A DNA stretch of 64,000 nt. Origin: the human T2T-CHM13v2.0 reference genome, Homo sapiens. The translations under genes were made by a program, and so were the position numbers. Each line of letters starts with the position of its first letter. Position 1 is the first letter of the stretch. The stretch lies in the NCBI RefSeq assembly GCF_009914755.1, contig NC_060929.1, one strand, 5' to 3'. Positions 42,691-56,338 of this stretch are shown in pieces. Below the pieces are notes generated by a model. That model was not told the origin of the DNA, did not search any database, and saw only the letters and a list, made by a program, of their open reading frames with translations.

Positions 42691-45600
42691 TTTTTGTTGT
42701 TTCTATAATTTTCTTCCTTTTCTCACTCATTAGAACCAATATACTCTAGATATAGTGATTGCAGCCAATTTTTACAATAATTAACAAGTTTAATGAAGTG
42801 GCCTGCAATATCCTAAATTTTGCCTACCTCCAGTTTAACTTTCAATTATAGCACTACATACTGGAATGGAATATTGACAGAATTAAGGCTTCCTTCCCAA
42901 ACTGTAAGTGGTGTTAAAGGCAAGAAGATATAAAACTCTGTCTCCATTACATCTTTGTCCACTCAGATTTGATCCTAGCCTTTGAAAAAGTTACACACCT
43001 ACCGAACCCAGATATAAAAGGTGGTGATAAAAACTTCTGCTGTGAATTATTGGAAAACACTATTTCTGAGAAAGTATTACTTTACTTTAGGGATTAAAGA
43101 GCTTGCTCACTTCAGTACATCTGTGTTTCAGTCCACCTTAGAAAGATGACACATAAGTTGAGCACTTATTTGCTCTAGACAAGCTGAATTCTTTCCGAGT
43201 AAGTATTGTGCACAGGCCCTCACTGGAGATCATCTTGACGTCCTGAGCAAAAAAACAAATTACTCCTTTGTGCTCCAAAAAAGAAACTTTTTATCAAACT
43301 TGAGAACACACCAGGCAATGTGGTCTTCTGCTATATTTCCTTGACTCAGGATTTGCCCCTGGGAAACTACGGCTTCAAAATATCCCATTTGTAATGTTTC
43401 GCTTGCCTATGATATTTGCTTCCTTAAAAAGCTTCCAATCTGAAAAGACTCATTTCCAATGAGACTGTGTCTTGGTATTCTCACTATAATTCAATAAATA
43501 TTTTGAGTACCCACTACATGCAAAGTATTACATTAGGCACTAGCGTAAGTAACAAGGATATAACAATAAATCAAACACAACTTGTATGTTGAATTCCAAA
43601 GTTACATAATACAGGATAAGGGCAAAGATTACATTAAATATTATATTAAAATTCCTTTTAGTTCGAACATTTTATTAATGTTTATAGATAAGGAACTAGT
43701 TTATATAGAAAGGGGGAGAAAAAGTTGACATTAGAGTGTGCTAGATGCCTATCATGTTGCTAGTCACTGTACTGGAGTTATTTCACTGATCCCTAAACAA
43801 CCACCGTGAACTAATTCTTGTTATTGCCATTTTACAGTTGGAAAGTTATGTGTGTTACCCTTGGCACTGGATGATTGCAACAGTAAGGTAGGAGGTATAG
43901 GACTTTTAACATTTTACACATTTTGAAGATTCTTTGGAATTCCTAAGTGAGATAATATGCACCAATGCCTTAACATGATACCTACCAAGACTCAACGCTC
44001 CACCAGGAGTTAGTGGTAGTGTCAATAGTGGTAGCAGATGCAGCAAAAGTAGATTAAGCCAGCATCTGAGCTCTCAACTGCACAAAAAGCCACCATCACA
44101 AATGTTCTGACCAACCACTCCAACCCCACCTCAACTTCCTTTTCTAAACAAATCCTAATGGCAGCATTTCCCTGTGCTTTTTATATGTGAGATTGCTAGT
44201 GACATTCCATCCGAGCCCTCAGTAACTCCACTTAGCCACTGCCACGTGCCTTTTCCTCATTTGTTCCTTTGTTCATTTTCATGTCATTTGCATAAACAAT
44301 TCTCATTCTTTCCTTCTCTTCACTTCATCTCCTTCCAATTCACCTGATAACTTCTGTCAGTGGCAACTGGGATATTTCTCCAGAGCTTCTACAACAACAA
44401 ATTGAGAGTTTCACAAGCACCTGGGGCCCAGCAGACGTTGGGAAGCCTATTCTGGGACTCGCCTCCATCTAAATGATTTGAAAATTCAGCTCCTGAACAC
44501 AGCCAGATTGCTGTCAGCAATTCGAATAAGTTTTAACAACACTGGATCCACCTCAAGGTTATTTCTTCAATATCATACAGAAAATATTGTAAATGAAGGA
44601 AATATGATGCAAAGTGGTAGTATTCTAGTAATCTAGTCTATTTTTATGAAGTCTCCCTGCTATCTTGACTGATGGAGAAAAAATTTTCATAACAAAGTCT
44701 ATTTCTTGTACATCTGAAATATTCCCTACAAAAATAACCCCTCTTTCCTGGGATGCTAAACATAAGACCTTATACTTATATAATAATTCACCTAAAGGAA
44801 ATTCCTTCCTGCTTTGGCCTTCACATTCTATCCAAGGTCTGTATCCAACCAGATAGTATTATCTATTCAAATGTAACCTGGACCTCTGATGAGCACTAAC
44901 TTTTACTTCCGTGGATAAGCAGGGGGTTTAGATCTACAAAGTCAATATATAAAGCAGCATTCAGACCATTGTAGTCCTTGCAATCGCTCAATTCATTGAA
45001 TGAGGTAATTTGTGTCAGATTCATATGGCTGAGATTTATTTACATAGATTAAACCACTGAGTGTCATTGGATGTTTAAGCCTTGTTCTAAGAATGGCACA
45101 TAATTCAAGCATGCTGAATAAGAGCCATCCCTAAAGACTAATTCACAAGAACCAGGATAACATGTACCTGCTTTGTCGACTTCCATTTAAGCAGAATTAG
45201 AGGTTACCTTACCAGATGCTCTAAGCACTAGTAATGAACATGCATTCTCCCCCTGCGAATATTATAATAAATTCAGAAAAAGTCCAGTTCTGACATCCAA
45301 AGGGCAGCAATATTATATCACTGACAATATGCCATTAGCAGTCATTTTCACTTATTACTGTTCTCTAGGCTTAGAGTGGGGTGTCCTGTTTGGTTTTATT
45401 GCTTCTTTGTAGCATTTCCCAATTTGAGCTAGAGAGCTGCATTTTTCATATAAGCCCTGTAATTTTTCACACACAAGTCTAGCTTCTCATGGATTCGGTG
45501 CATTAAGTGACTCAACATCATACCAGAGTGTGATCTTCCCAACCAACCACTGGGTAACATAGCACTATCCTCAGTATTATGGAAGAGGAGTGAATCTTCA

Positions 45601-45709
45601 TCCTCTTTTTTGAAGAGCTTCCCCACAAGGGGCTACGCAAACATACTTTCTGGATCCTATGTTGTTCCCACCCAGTGTACATCAAGATTCCCTTAAGAAC
45701 TCTATTTCC

Positions 45710-46018
<309 letters not shown>

Positions 46019-46489
46019 CTCTATTTCCCCTTCCAAATCTTCTCTAACTTGTCCTTGTAATAAAAGAAGCAATAAAATTTTCTAAATCCTGGCAGATGCC
46101 TGAGTACATTCTTATACAAACAACTTATAAATAACATTTTTTAAATGTAGGTTTAAATGCTACAAGTCAATGGGTAGTTGGCAAAAGAGAAATAACTTTC
46201 TGACTTGTTCATTCCAGAGAATAATGAGGAAGAGAGGAGAAGGAAAAAAGGCAAGCAGGCAGGGAAGGACAGAGGAAAGAAAAAGAAAGATTGTTTTGGT
46301 AGAAACTGGAAGTGAGCGATGAGAAACAGCTTTAGTCACCTCGGAACAGGAAGGCTACTCTTAGAGAAGACACACAGATCTCTGAGAGCTTTAACCAAAA
46401 ACAGGCTGAATTCAAGCACTTCAATAGAGAAATTCTCCATCACAGAATAAAATATTTGTTTACTACACTGGATAGAGATGACGTAGCTA

Positions 46490-46985
46490 ACATTTGTCAT
46501 TTCCAGAAACCTTGTTTACATTTGGGAAATTCCCCACATTAATGGTCCTGGTGGGAGACAGGACCAAATTCCAGAGAGGTGCTGAAAATACCAGAAACTC
46601 ACTGCTGGGGTTCCTCCAATAGGTAACATGCAGGCTCATGCCCTGGGCCCCAGATACCAGGTGCTTCAGCCCCAGCCTTCAAACTGGAAGGCAGTGAGCT
46701 AAGATGTAGGAACTAGGATAATTCCCAAGGGTTGAGGGGTGGAGCGAAGGAGAAGAGACTTTGGGGCCAAAGTGGCAGTGGATGAACTCCAATCAGAGGT
46801 AGCAGCCTCAGTTTTCTTCAGCAGTTTCTTCACCAGGCCCGTTCTATGGCACCAGCTTGGGCATTTTTTTTCTGGCTGCATGGCCCCAACGTGATTTTCA
46901 AGCTTTCAATTCCTCCTATTGATTCTGTGGCCTATCAAGTATTCTTTTACTAAATTTCTTTTATCCCTGAATTGGCCAGATGGAT
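46490..46985. mobile_element. Probable old ERVL-type LTR (LTR33-like)
   Basis: acatttgggaaattccccac...; ends in taaatttcttttatccctgaattggccagatgg. Recalled similarity only. Confidence 0.3.
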
Positions 46986-47587
46986 GGAGTGATATATATA
47001 CATGTATATGAAATTTGCTACTCTAATGTAACAAACTTCTGTCAAATTTCTATAATATTACAAACCACATAGAAGGGAGCAGTAATCTTATTCAACTCCA
47101 TTCTTTTGTAGATAAGGAAACCTATACCCAGAAGGATTCAGAGGCTCACCAAGTGTCAACTGTCTAACAGAGCAGAGCAGGGAGTAGAATGACTGTCAGT
47201 TCAATACCCTATCATACCATGCTCATGGTACCCTGATTGTTTGAGATGTTTTTGTTACAGATTACTATATTTTGTTTTATAAGAAAGATTATACTAGGAT
47301 TTTATTTGATTATTTGGGAACCCAATAATTTATTAGTACTGAGATAGAGAAACAATGATAAGGAATTCAGGAAAAGGTGGAGTTAACAAAGAGAAAGTTC
47401 AAAGGCCTAGCAAGTGAGGATATGGCCAGTTGATGCTATACCAATCTCTTCAGTAAAGTACGCTTAATTAAAGTAGCATACTTTTGAGTGGTACTGCTTA
47501 GCTGCTTTTGCTGCTTTGGGCCCCAGAACTATTAAAACCCAGTTCACAGATATGTATCTAGAATAGTTAGAATTTTTAACCCTGGAC

Positions 47588-47624
47588 ATATATATATATA
47601 TTTTATATATATATATATAATATA

Positions 47625-47656
<32 letters not shown>

Positions 47657-47857
47657 CACACATACATATACATACACACACAAGTTCTGGGATACATGTG
47701 CAGAATGTGCAGGTTTGTTACATAGGTATACATGTGCCATGGTGGTTTACTGCACCCATCAACCCATCATCTACATTAGGTATTTCTCCTAATGCTCTCC
47801 CTCCCCTAGCCCCCCACCCACCAACAGGCCCCGGTGTGTGATGTTCCCCTCCCTGTG
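47588..47857 (-). mobile_element. 5'-truncated L1PA7-like 3' end whose tail has become a compound (TA)/(TG)/(CA) microsatellite
   Basis: aagttctgggatacatgtgcagaatgtgcaggtttg...ccctgtg. TSD ACCCTGGAC at 47579-47587 and 47858-47866. Confidence 0.92.
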
Positions 47858-50800
47858 ACCCTGGACTTATTTCTATGAAGAAAATAAAAGGATTTGCTGA
47901 AAAGAGTAGAACTCACAGTATGGAATGAGAGCTATCCACATGTTTCACAATTAAACAGAATGATAATTGGCAAACATCAAAGTTTTCACTCCTGATTCTT
48001 TCAGGTTTTGCATGCATATCATTTGCGCTGTATTTTGCATCAGTTTGAAATTCTTATTTTGAATTATCCAAGTGCTGCTGATGCTTATCTACAATGTGAA
48101 TACATATTTGTCCCTACCTTGGCTTCATGTAGGCCCAAATACCTTGGCCCAAAAATATCAGAGCCATAGCTTTTTTTTTTTTTTTCCGTAGAATAAACTG
48201 CCCCTCTCTATACCCAATAATTGCTTAAACTATTCGTAAAATGCTGCTATTCCAACAAGATTCCTTAGGAGATTTGTTTCTCTCCAATACACTCTGCAAA
48301 ATGCTTGGCATTAATATACCATCTATCTTCTCTAGACTGACTTCACTAACCTGAGCACTTCGTGCTCTAATTAATCCGTATCTTAAATTTTTGAGTCTTC
48401 ATCTCGTGACATGGTACAGCAATGGAAATTCTATTATAGTGATCATTTTTTGACAAGAAGACTACCTTTCTTGTTAGCCTCCAAGATGAATTAAATTCAC
48501 CACTGTGGACTCCATGTAAGTGCTCGCCCAACGGCCCCACCAAGGTGTGCACACATGCACAACCCAGCCCACATCCAGTATCAAGTGGCTTGCAAGGCCA
48601 AAACAAGGAGCTTACTGGGTTGCCACAAATCTTATCCCTAGGTTCTCTTGAAACTCTATCTTTTTCTTAGTCAGAAGAGATTTAGTCATATCTCCTTAAG
48701 AAATCCAATTTTAATGACTTCTCTCTTAAAATGAAACAGACTGAGAATTCATTCCTAACATCCTCTAAAATTCCTTCAAATTATCTACACTATAGAAGGT
48801 CCACTGTATGGGTGATCCACACTGCAAATAATCTAAAAATGATGCACCCTATAATGTATTATCTTTCTGAGACCAAATTTCAGTGTTAATTATATTTGGC
48901 TTCAGCAAATATTAACATTTCTTTACATCCCCTAAGCCCAGACACAAAATGAAGAGACTTGAATGTAAACCAGAATCAAACTGTGCCCCAAAAGCAGGCC
49001 AACTTTAAATTTTAAGCCACTAACAATAACCTACCGAGTAGCTAATCCCCATGGGGGTGGTCAGCTCAAGCCATTTATTCCAACCTATAGATAGCCCTGT
49101 GTGTCTAGTCCCTTACACCTCAACTTAGATGATCTTAGTTGGCCTTGCTGTTGGCATAGTCCTTAATACACAGAGGTGCATAAGCTGTTTGTAACAATAT
49201 ATTTAAGGTTCTGTTTTTAACAATATATTTAAGACCTGGAAATGCTATTATTTTAACAGCTGCAATATTTACCCTCCACAAGTAGTTCACTTTCTGTCTG
49301 CTTTTGACTAAAGTCTTAGGGCCCAAATGTTTAAAGCCTGGAAGGTGGGAGTGAGGGCAAGGGGAAGCAAAATCATGTTCACAGCATGATCCCTGCAAAC
49401 ATCAAAACACTGTCTGTTCTTGCCTTTTGTGAAGGCAGCCCTTCAGCTATTTGTTCAGGTTTCCCTACCAACTTCATGATGAATGAGGTTTTTACACACG
49501 GCACTGTTATTTCACTGGGGCTGGGTGAGTACTTTAAACAGATGAAGACAAAGAAAGCCAGCCATATAATTCAGTGTCTGATTGCTTTTCCACATGTCAG
49601 TGGTGGAAAGCCCAACTCTCCCTTGAGCAGCTCTGAGTGGTTACCTGATTGAATCCGGTAAAGGCTGATAAATTTTGGAATGCTCTTTTAACACAAGAAA
49701 AATAGCATCTAGATGGAATTCTCTACCGTAGTACCTTACAAGAGAACCCTAGAAATCAGTACATTTCACCATTGGACATGAAGAGCGAAAGCTAACAGGA
49801 TTTCCCGTACTTTCCCAGTAATCACCAATATCTGAAGGATGAGAGCCGACTCACATTTTTTGGAGTGTTAACTATAATTACATAAGCAACAGATTAAGAA
49901 AAAAATGAATTTTAAGAGTGAGCATTTCCAGAAATAAAATTTTAAAAGGTACAATGAAGAAAGAAAAGATCCAATCTTTCCTTATATCACATTTTTCTAC
50001 TGCCTAGAGAAAGAAATGGGTGGATGAAAAAAGGGGTATTAAGATCCTTACAGGTCATGCCTTTGGATCTTTCAAAACTGCTCTGCCTCTATGAATAAAA
50101 AACTCTAATCATATTGGAGAGAGTTGACAAAACAGATAAAGAACAGGATCTCGCCGTAGGATACAACTTAGCGCAAGTTGGGAGGAGGGAAGCACTTGGT
50201 TGCAACCTTGCCTCCATGACTATACTTAGTTGCAGACACATCATCCCTTCATGCTTCAAAAACTTCCCTTGAGGGTAATTTTTGCTTATATATTGCTTTG
50301 AAAGAGTTAGTGTAAAATGCTTTAAGTAACACGTCCATGAGTAGATACTTTCCCTTGGACTCCAGGCACAGTATATTCCATACAGCTAAATAACAGCTCA
50401 CAGTAAAATTACACATAATCAATAGTCTGTCCACTGATCCAAATACCCAGGGGCCTATTTCTGAAGATTTTATTGTACATATATTCCAGGCACACGTATG
50501 GTGGAGTCTATTGATTCACGCACAGCTGTTTTTCTCCTGTTAGTGTGTGATTATTTTCAAGTGTTTTATGAGAGCAGATGTTTTAAGAGCATGCTGAGTA
50601 CAGTCTTTCCTCGACTGACACTTTTTTATTTACATAAACAACAAATCGCTATTCTGCTGTTCTTTTGATACTGCGCGGTTAGTGGGTAAAATCACCAGTG
50701 TCAGTTTTCCTGGACATTCTTAAGCAAAGGTGCTTTGTCTATTCCCTTCCCCTCAAGCACCGCCACAAAGGCCCTCGCAGTCTTCCTCCATCACTCCTCC

Positions 50801-51987
50801 TTTCTCTGATCCTTCTGTGATCAGATTGTTTGAACTTGGCTCTTCCACACCAAGACTTTTTAAGCTGTAGCAAACTGAATACACCAGTGTTCTATATAGA
50901 ATGCAATTTTCTCTGTTGGGTTGGTACCTGTTCCAAATAGTTGAATTTAGGTAACAGCTTATTTCCTGAGAGTCAACATGTACTTCTGCTTGAAGCTACT
51001 GCAGAGTCAATCCCTTCTTGGTGCTACAAAAGTATGTTACCATGGAAAATAATATTCTGCCACACATTCATTGAAAGAGACTGCCAATCTCATCATGTAG
51101 CATCAACAGAATGCATATAGCTCTGAACTGAAAAGTTTTTCTACCTAAAGAACATGAGTTTTGGATCTTTCAAGCATGGAATATAGACATGTTTTGTGCT
51201 TTAATGAAATGTTAGAGATTCTCCAATGTATAGTAGTAAGTAAAAGTATTTTTGTGACCCTTACTCCCTGCCAGTTTATAAACTGCTGTCAGGATTAGCA
51301 CAGTTGACTTTAGAATGATTCTAAATGTAGAATAGTTGGAGATAGTAACTGAAGGTAGAAAGAGACTGATTATCCTTTCCAATTCCTCTCTGGTCATATA
51401 AACGTGACCTTCCTCTTCATGTACCACATTCAGTACAACTTTGTTCTTTCCACAACTTCATCATTAATTCAGATCTTTAGGAATTTTCAAATGGCCATGT
51501 CATATTAATCTCCATTTTATAATGAACAGTAAGCTCATAGCCAATAATTCAAGCAACATTTATAGAGTACCAGTTATAATTTATGTACTCTGCTATGTGC
51601 TAGGGGCATTGGTGTGGGTAAAACAAAGACTTTTGGTAGGGAAGAAAATACAAACTGATTGTTCAACTTAAAGAGACTTTGTCAGAGGAGTGCACCAAGG
51701 AAGCTAGGAAGGTACTCATTTTCTCTGGAGACAAATAGATAAAGTCACCTTGAATTTTTGTAGAAGGGAAGGTCTCCTTTCCCCTTCTATTCATTCCAGT
51801 ATTCCTCTGTCTGACTTAGAAAGAAAGGCTAGCATTTGTGAAAACAAATTAAGTGGTATAACACAACGTTAAATGGAATTTTTCCTGCAACTGTGGAATT
51901 TCAGCTAAAGTATCAAAACTCAGGATGATAGGTGATAAGAAACCCACTTTCTAAAGATGGATGTTATTCTCATAACTTATTAAAAGT

Positions 51988-52270
51988 TGGCTCTTGCCTG
52001 TAATCCCAGCACTTTGGGAGGCCGAGTAGGGTGGATCACCTGAGGTCAGGAGTTCGAGACCAACCTGGCCAACATGGTGAAACCCCATCTCTACTAAAAA
52101 TACAAAAATTAGACGGAGAGATGGCAGGCACCTGTAATCCTAGCTACTCAGGAGGCTGAGGCAGGAGAATCACCTGAACCCTGGAGGCAGAGGTTACAGT
52201 GTGACAAGATTGTGCCACTGCACTCCAGCCTGGATGACACAGCAAGACTCTGTCTCAAAAACAAAAACAG
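51988..52270 (+). mobile_element. AluSx-like element, slightly 5'-truncated
   Basis: tggctcttgcctgtaatcccagcactttgggagg...gactctgtctcaaaa. Confidence 0.95.
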
Positions 52271-54723
52271 AAGCTTACAACATTAGCCTATCAATGTCCA
52301 TTTCCCACCTCCATGCCATGTAACAGAATGCTAGAGATACATTAAGGAGTTGATGTGAAGGAAGGTGCCCTTTGTGTATAGAAGTACAGATGGTGAGCCA
52401 CAGTGCTCCCCTTTTGCCTCCCATACGTGCTCCATCTCCAAGCCAAGAGGAGAGAGATACTGGGAGTTTCTGTGGGAAGGGAAATGGCTTCTCCCTAGCA
52501 GACAGTTCCTTGTTGAGTATATCAGACGCCAGCCCTACGTCACTACTGCAGTGGAGTACAAGAAAACTCTTTGGAGAAATTAAAATAAATCCCTAATTTG
52601 GGAGAAATTCAGCAAGCAAAGACTAGTGTTAGCCTCATCCCTATAGAAGCATCAAACAGGATGTTGTTTAAGCAAATGACAGTGACAGGAATGACAATTA
52701 CAAGGCAAAAAAAGGAGGACAGCATTTATTCAAACCGCAGTGAACAAATACTTGATGTTTCCTGTGGCAAAGGGACACCTTGGAGGGTAGCAAGGCATGA
52801 AATGACTTTAAAGGCTGCATCTAGAAACAAAATGGCAGATAGGAGGCAGGACTAAATTGCAGCTCCCACTTGGACGGACACAGCAGCATGTGGAGACTCG
52901 TGTCATGAATTTCTGCCCAAAGAACTACTACAGGGATATACAAGGAAAGCCAAGAAAATCCACAGACCCTTTGAAGGAAGCAGATTGCTCCTGCAGGACC
53001 CAGAAGACAGCCCAAATACACTGAGTGCCCAAACTGTGAACATGGGAAAGGGGGATCATCTGCTCCTGAACACACACCCTCACTGGGGAACCTGAAGGCC
53101 CATATCATGGGAGAAGGATTTAACCTTACCTGGAGCTGAGACAATTTAGAGAGCCAAGCAAAATACAGGGGTCGAAGAAGCAGCAGGAAAAGCCCTGTGG
53201 GCTCTCTGGGTCCCCAGGGAAGGCATTTCTGACTTGTTTCACAGGGGTCCTTGAGGAGGGCTGCCAGAGTAACTGGGAAAAGACCACAGCTGAACTTTTT
53301 AACAATTCCAACCAAAACTTTGTTCTGGACACAAAGTTTCCTGGCCAGAACTCGGGGGAGGGTGTGAATCCAGTATGCAGACTCTGACAGGTAGGGAGGT
53401 GCGAAAGCCCTGCTTGCTTTCTCAGCCAGCTGGTAGCTTGAGGCAAGTTCTCAGCCCTGCTCACCTACTGCCTAGAAATAAACTCAGTGCTGTTGGTGAG
53501 GGCACAGTGAGAGTGAGACCAGCCTTTTGGGTTTTGTGGGAGCTGGTGAGGCCTGTAACTGCTGGCTTTCTCCCACTTCCATGACAACTGCATGATATAG
53601 CAGAGGCAGCCATAAACCTCCTAGGAGAATAACTCCATTGACCTGGGAACCACATCCCCATCCCCCACAGCAGCCACAGCAAGTCCCACTAGAGAAGAGT
53701 CTGAGCTCAGACACACCTAACCCTCACCAGCAATGGATATAAACCAAGAAGAAATTGCTGAATTGCCAGAAAAAGAATTCAGAAGGTCGATTATTAAGCT
53801 AATCAAGGAGATGACAGACAAAGGTGTCCAACTTAAGGAAATCAAACCAATGATACAAGATATAAGGGGAGAAATCTTCAATGAAATAGATAGCATAAAT
53901 AAAAAACAATAACAACTACAGGAAATAAAGGACACACACTTAGAGAAATGCAAAATGTACTGGAAAGTCTCAGCAATATAATCAAAAAAGCAGAAGAAAG
54001 AACTTCAGAGCTTGAAGACGAGGTTTTCGAACAATCCAATCCAACAAAGACAAAGAAAAAAGATTTTAAAAAAGAACAAAGCCTGCAAGAAGACTGAGAT
54101 TATGTTAATCAACCAAACCTAAGAATAATTGGCATACCGGAGGAAGAAGAGAAATTTAAAAGTTTGGAAAACATATTTGGGGTTATAATCAAGAAAAACA
54201 TCCCCACCCTTGCTAATGATCTAGATACACAAATACAAGATGCTCAAAGAACACCTGGGAAATTCACTGCAAAAAGATCATTGCCTAGGAACATAATCAA
54301 GTTATCTAAAGCCAAGACAAAGGAAAGAATCTTAAGAGGTGTGAGACAAAAGCATCAGGTAACGTATAAAGCAAAACCTATCAGATTAACCTCAGATTTC
54401 TCAGCAGAAACCTTATAAGAGCTAGAAGGGAGTGGGGCCCTAACTTCAGCCTCCTTAAACAAAACAATTATCAGCCAAAAATTTTGTATCCAGTGAAACT
54501 AAGCTTCATAAATGAAGGAAAGATAGTCTTTTTTGGACAAACAAATGCTGAAAGAAATTGCCACTACCAAGCCAGCACTACAAGAAATGCTAAAAGGAGC
54601 TCTAAATCTTGAAACAAGTCCTGGAAATACATCAAAACGGAACCTCTTCAAGGCATAAATCGTACAGGATCTATAAAACAAAAATACAGTTAAAAAAAAG
54701 GTATTTAGGAAACAAATAGCACA

Positions 54724-56300
54724 ATGAATGGAATAGTACCTCATATCTCAATACTAACATTGAATGTAAATGGCCTAAGTGCTCCACTTAGAAGATACAG
54801 AATTGCAAAATGGATAAGAATTCAGCAACCAGCTATCTGCTGCCTTCAGAGGACTCACCTAACACATAAGGACTCACATAAACTTAAGGTAAAGGGGTGG
54901 AAAAAGACATTCCATGCAAATGGACACCAAAAGTGAGCAGGGGTAGCTATTCTTATAACACACAAAACAAACTTTAAAGCAACAGCAGTTAAAGACAAAG
55001 AGGGATCTTATATGATGGTAAAAGGCCTTGTCCAACAGGAAAATATCACAGTCCTAAATATATATGCACCTAAGACTGGAGATCCCAAATTTATAAAACA
55101 ATTATTACTAGACCTAAGAAATGAGATAGGGAGCGGGGAGGAATAGCATTAGGAGATATACCTAATGTAAATGATGAGTTAATGGGTGCAGCACACCAAC
55201 ATGGCAGATATATACATATCTGTAACATAACTGCACGCTATGCACATGTACCCTAGAACTTAAAGTATAATAAAAATATATATATTTAAAAAAAGAAATG
55301 AGATAGATAGCAACACGATAATAGTGGGAGACTTCAATACTCCACTAACAGCACTAGAAAGGTCATCAAGACAGAAAGTCAACCAAGAAACAATGGATTT
55401 AAACTATAACCTAGAAAAAAATGGACTTAGATATTTACAGAACATTCTACCCAACAACTGCAGAATATACTTTCTATTCATCAGCACATGAAATTTTCTC
55501 CAAGATAGACCATATGATACACCACAAAACAAGTCTCAGTAAATTTAAGAAAATTGAAATTATATCAAATACTCTCTCACGCCACAGTGGAATAAAATTG
55601 GAAATCAACCCCAAAAGAACCTTCAAAACCATGGAAATGAAATAATCTGCTCCCAAATGATCATTGAGTCAACAATGAAATCAAGATGAGAATTTAAAAC
55701 TTCTTTGAACTGAACAATAATAGTGGCACAACCTATCAAAACCTCTGAGATACAGCAAAGATGGTACCAAGAGGAAAGTTCATAGCCTTAAATGCCTACA
55801 TCAAAAAGTCTGAAAGAACAGAAATAGAAAATCTAAGGTCACAACTCAAGGAACTAGAGAAACAAGAATAAACCAAACCCAAACCTAACAGAAGAAAAGA
55901 AATAACAGATCAGAGCAGAACTAAAAGAAATTGAAACAAAAAACTACAAAACATAAATGAAACAAACAGTTGGTTCTTTGAAAAGATAAATAAAATTGAT
56001 AGACTATCAGCAAGATTAGCCAAGAAAAGAAAAGAAAAAATCTAGACTATCAGCAAGATTAGCCAAGAAAAGAAAAGAAAAAATCCAAATAAGCTCAATT
56101 AGAAACAAAATAAGGGATATTACAGTCTATACCACAGAAATACAAAAGATCATTCAAGACTACTATGAACACATTTACATGCATAAACAAGAAAAACTAC
56201 AGGAGATGGATACATTTCTAGAAATATGCAACACTCCTAGCTTAAATTAGGAAGAATTAGAAACCCTGAACAGACCAATAACAAGCAGCGAGATAGAAAT

Positions 56301-56338
<38 letters not shown>

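Noticed and set aside
51761-51790. Short hairpin TAGAAGGGAAGG…CCTTTCCCCTTCTA resembling a terminator or pre-miRNA
   Set aside because: Imperfect, too short and low-complexity, so expected by chance.
52365-52855. Short ORFs upstream of the L1PB
   Set aside because: Non-ATG starts in the track, no recognisable domain, and lengths expected by chance.
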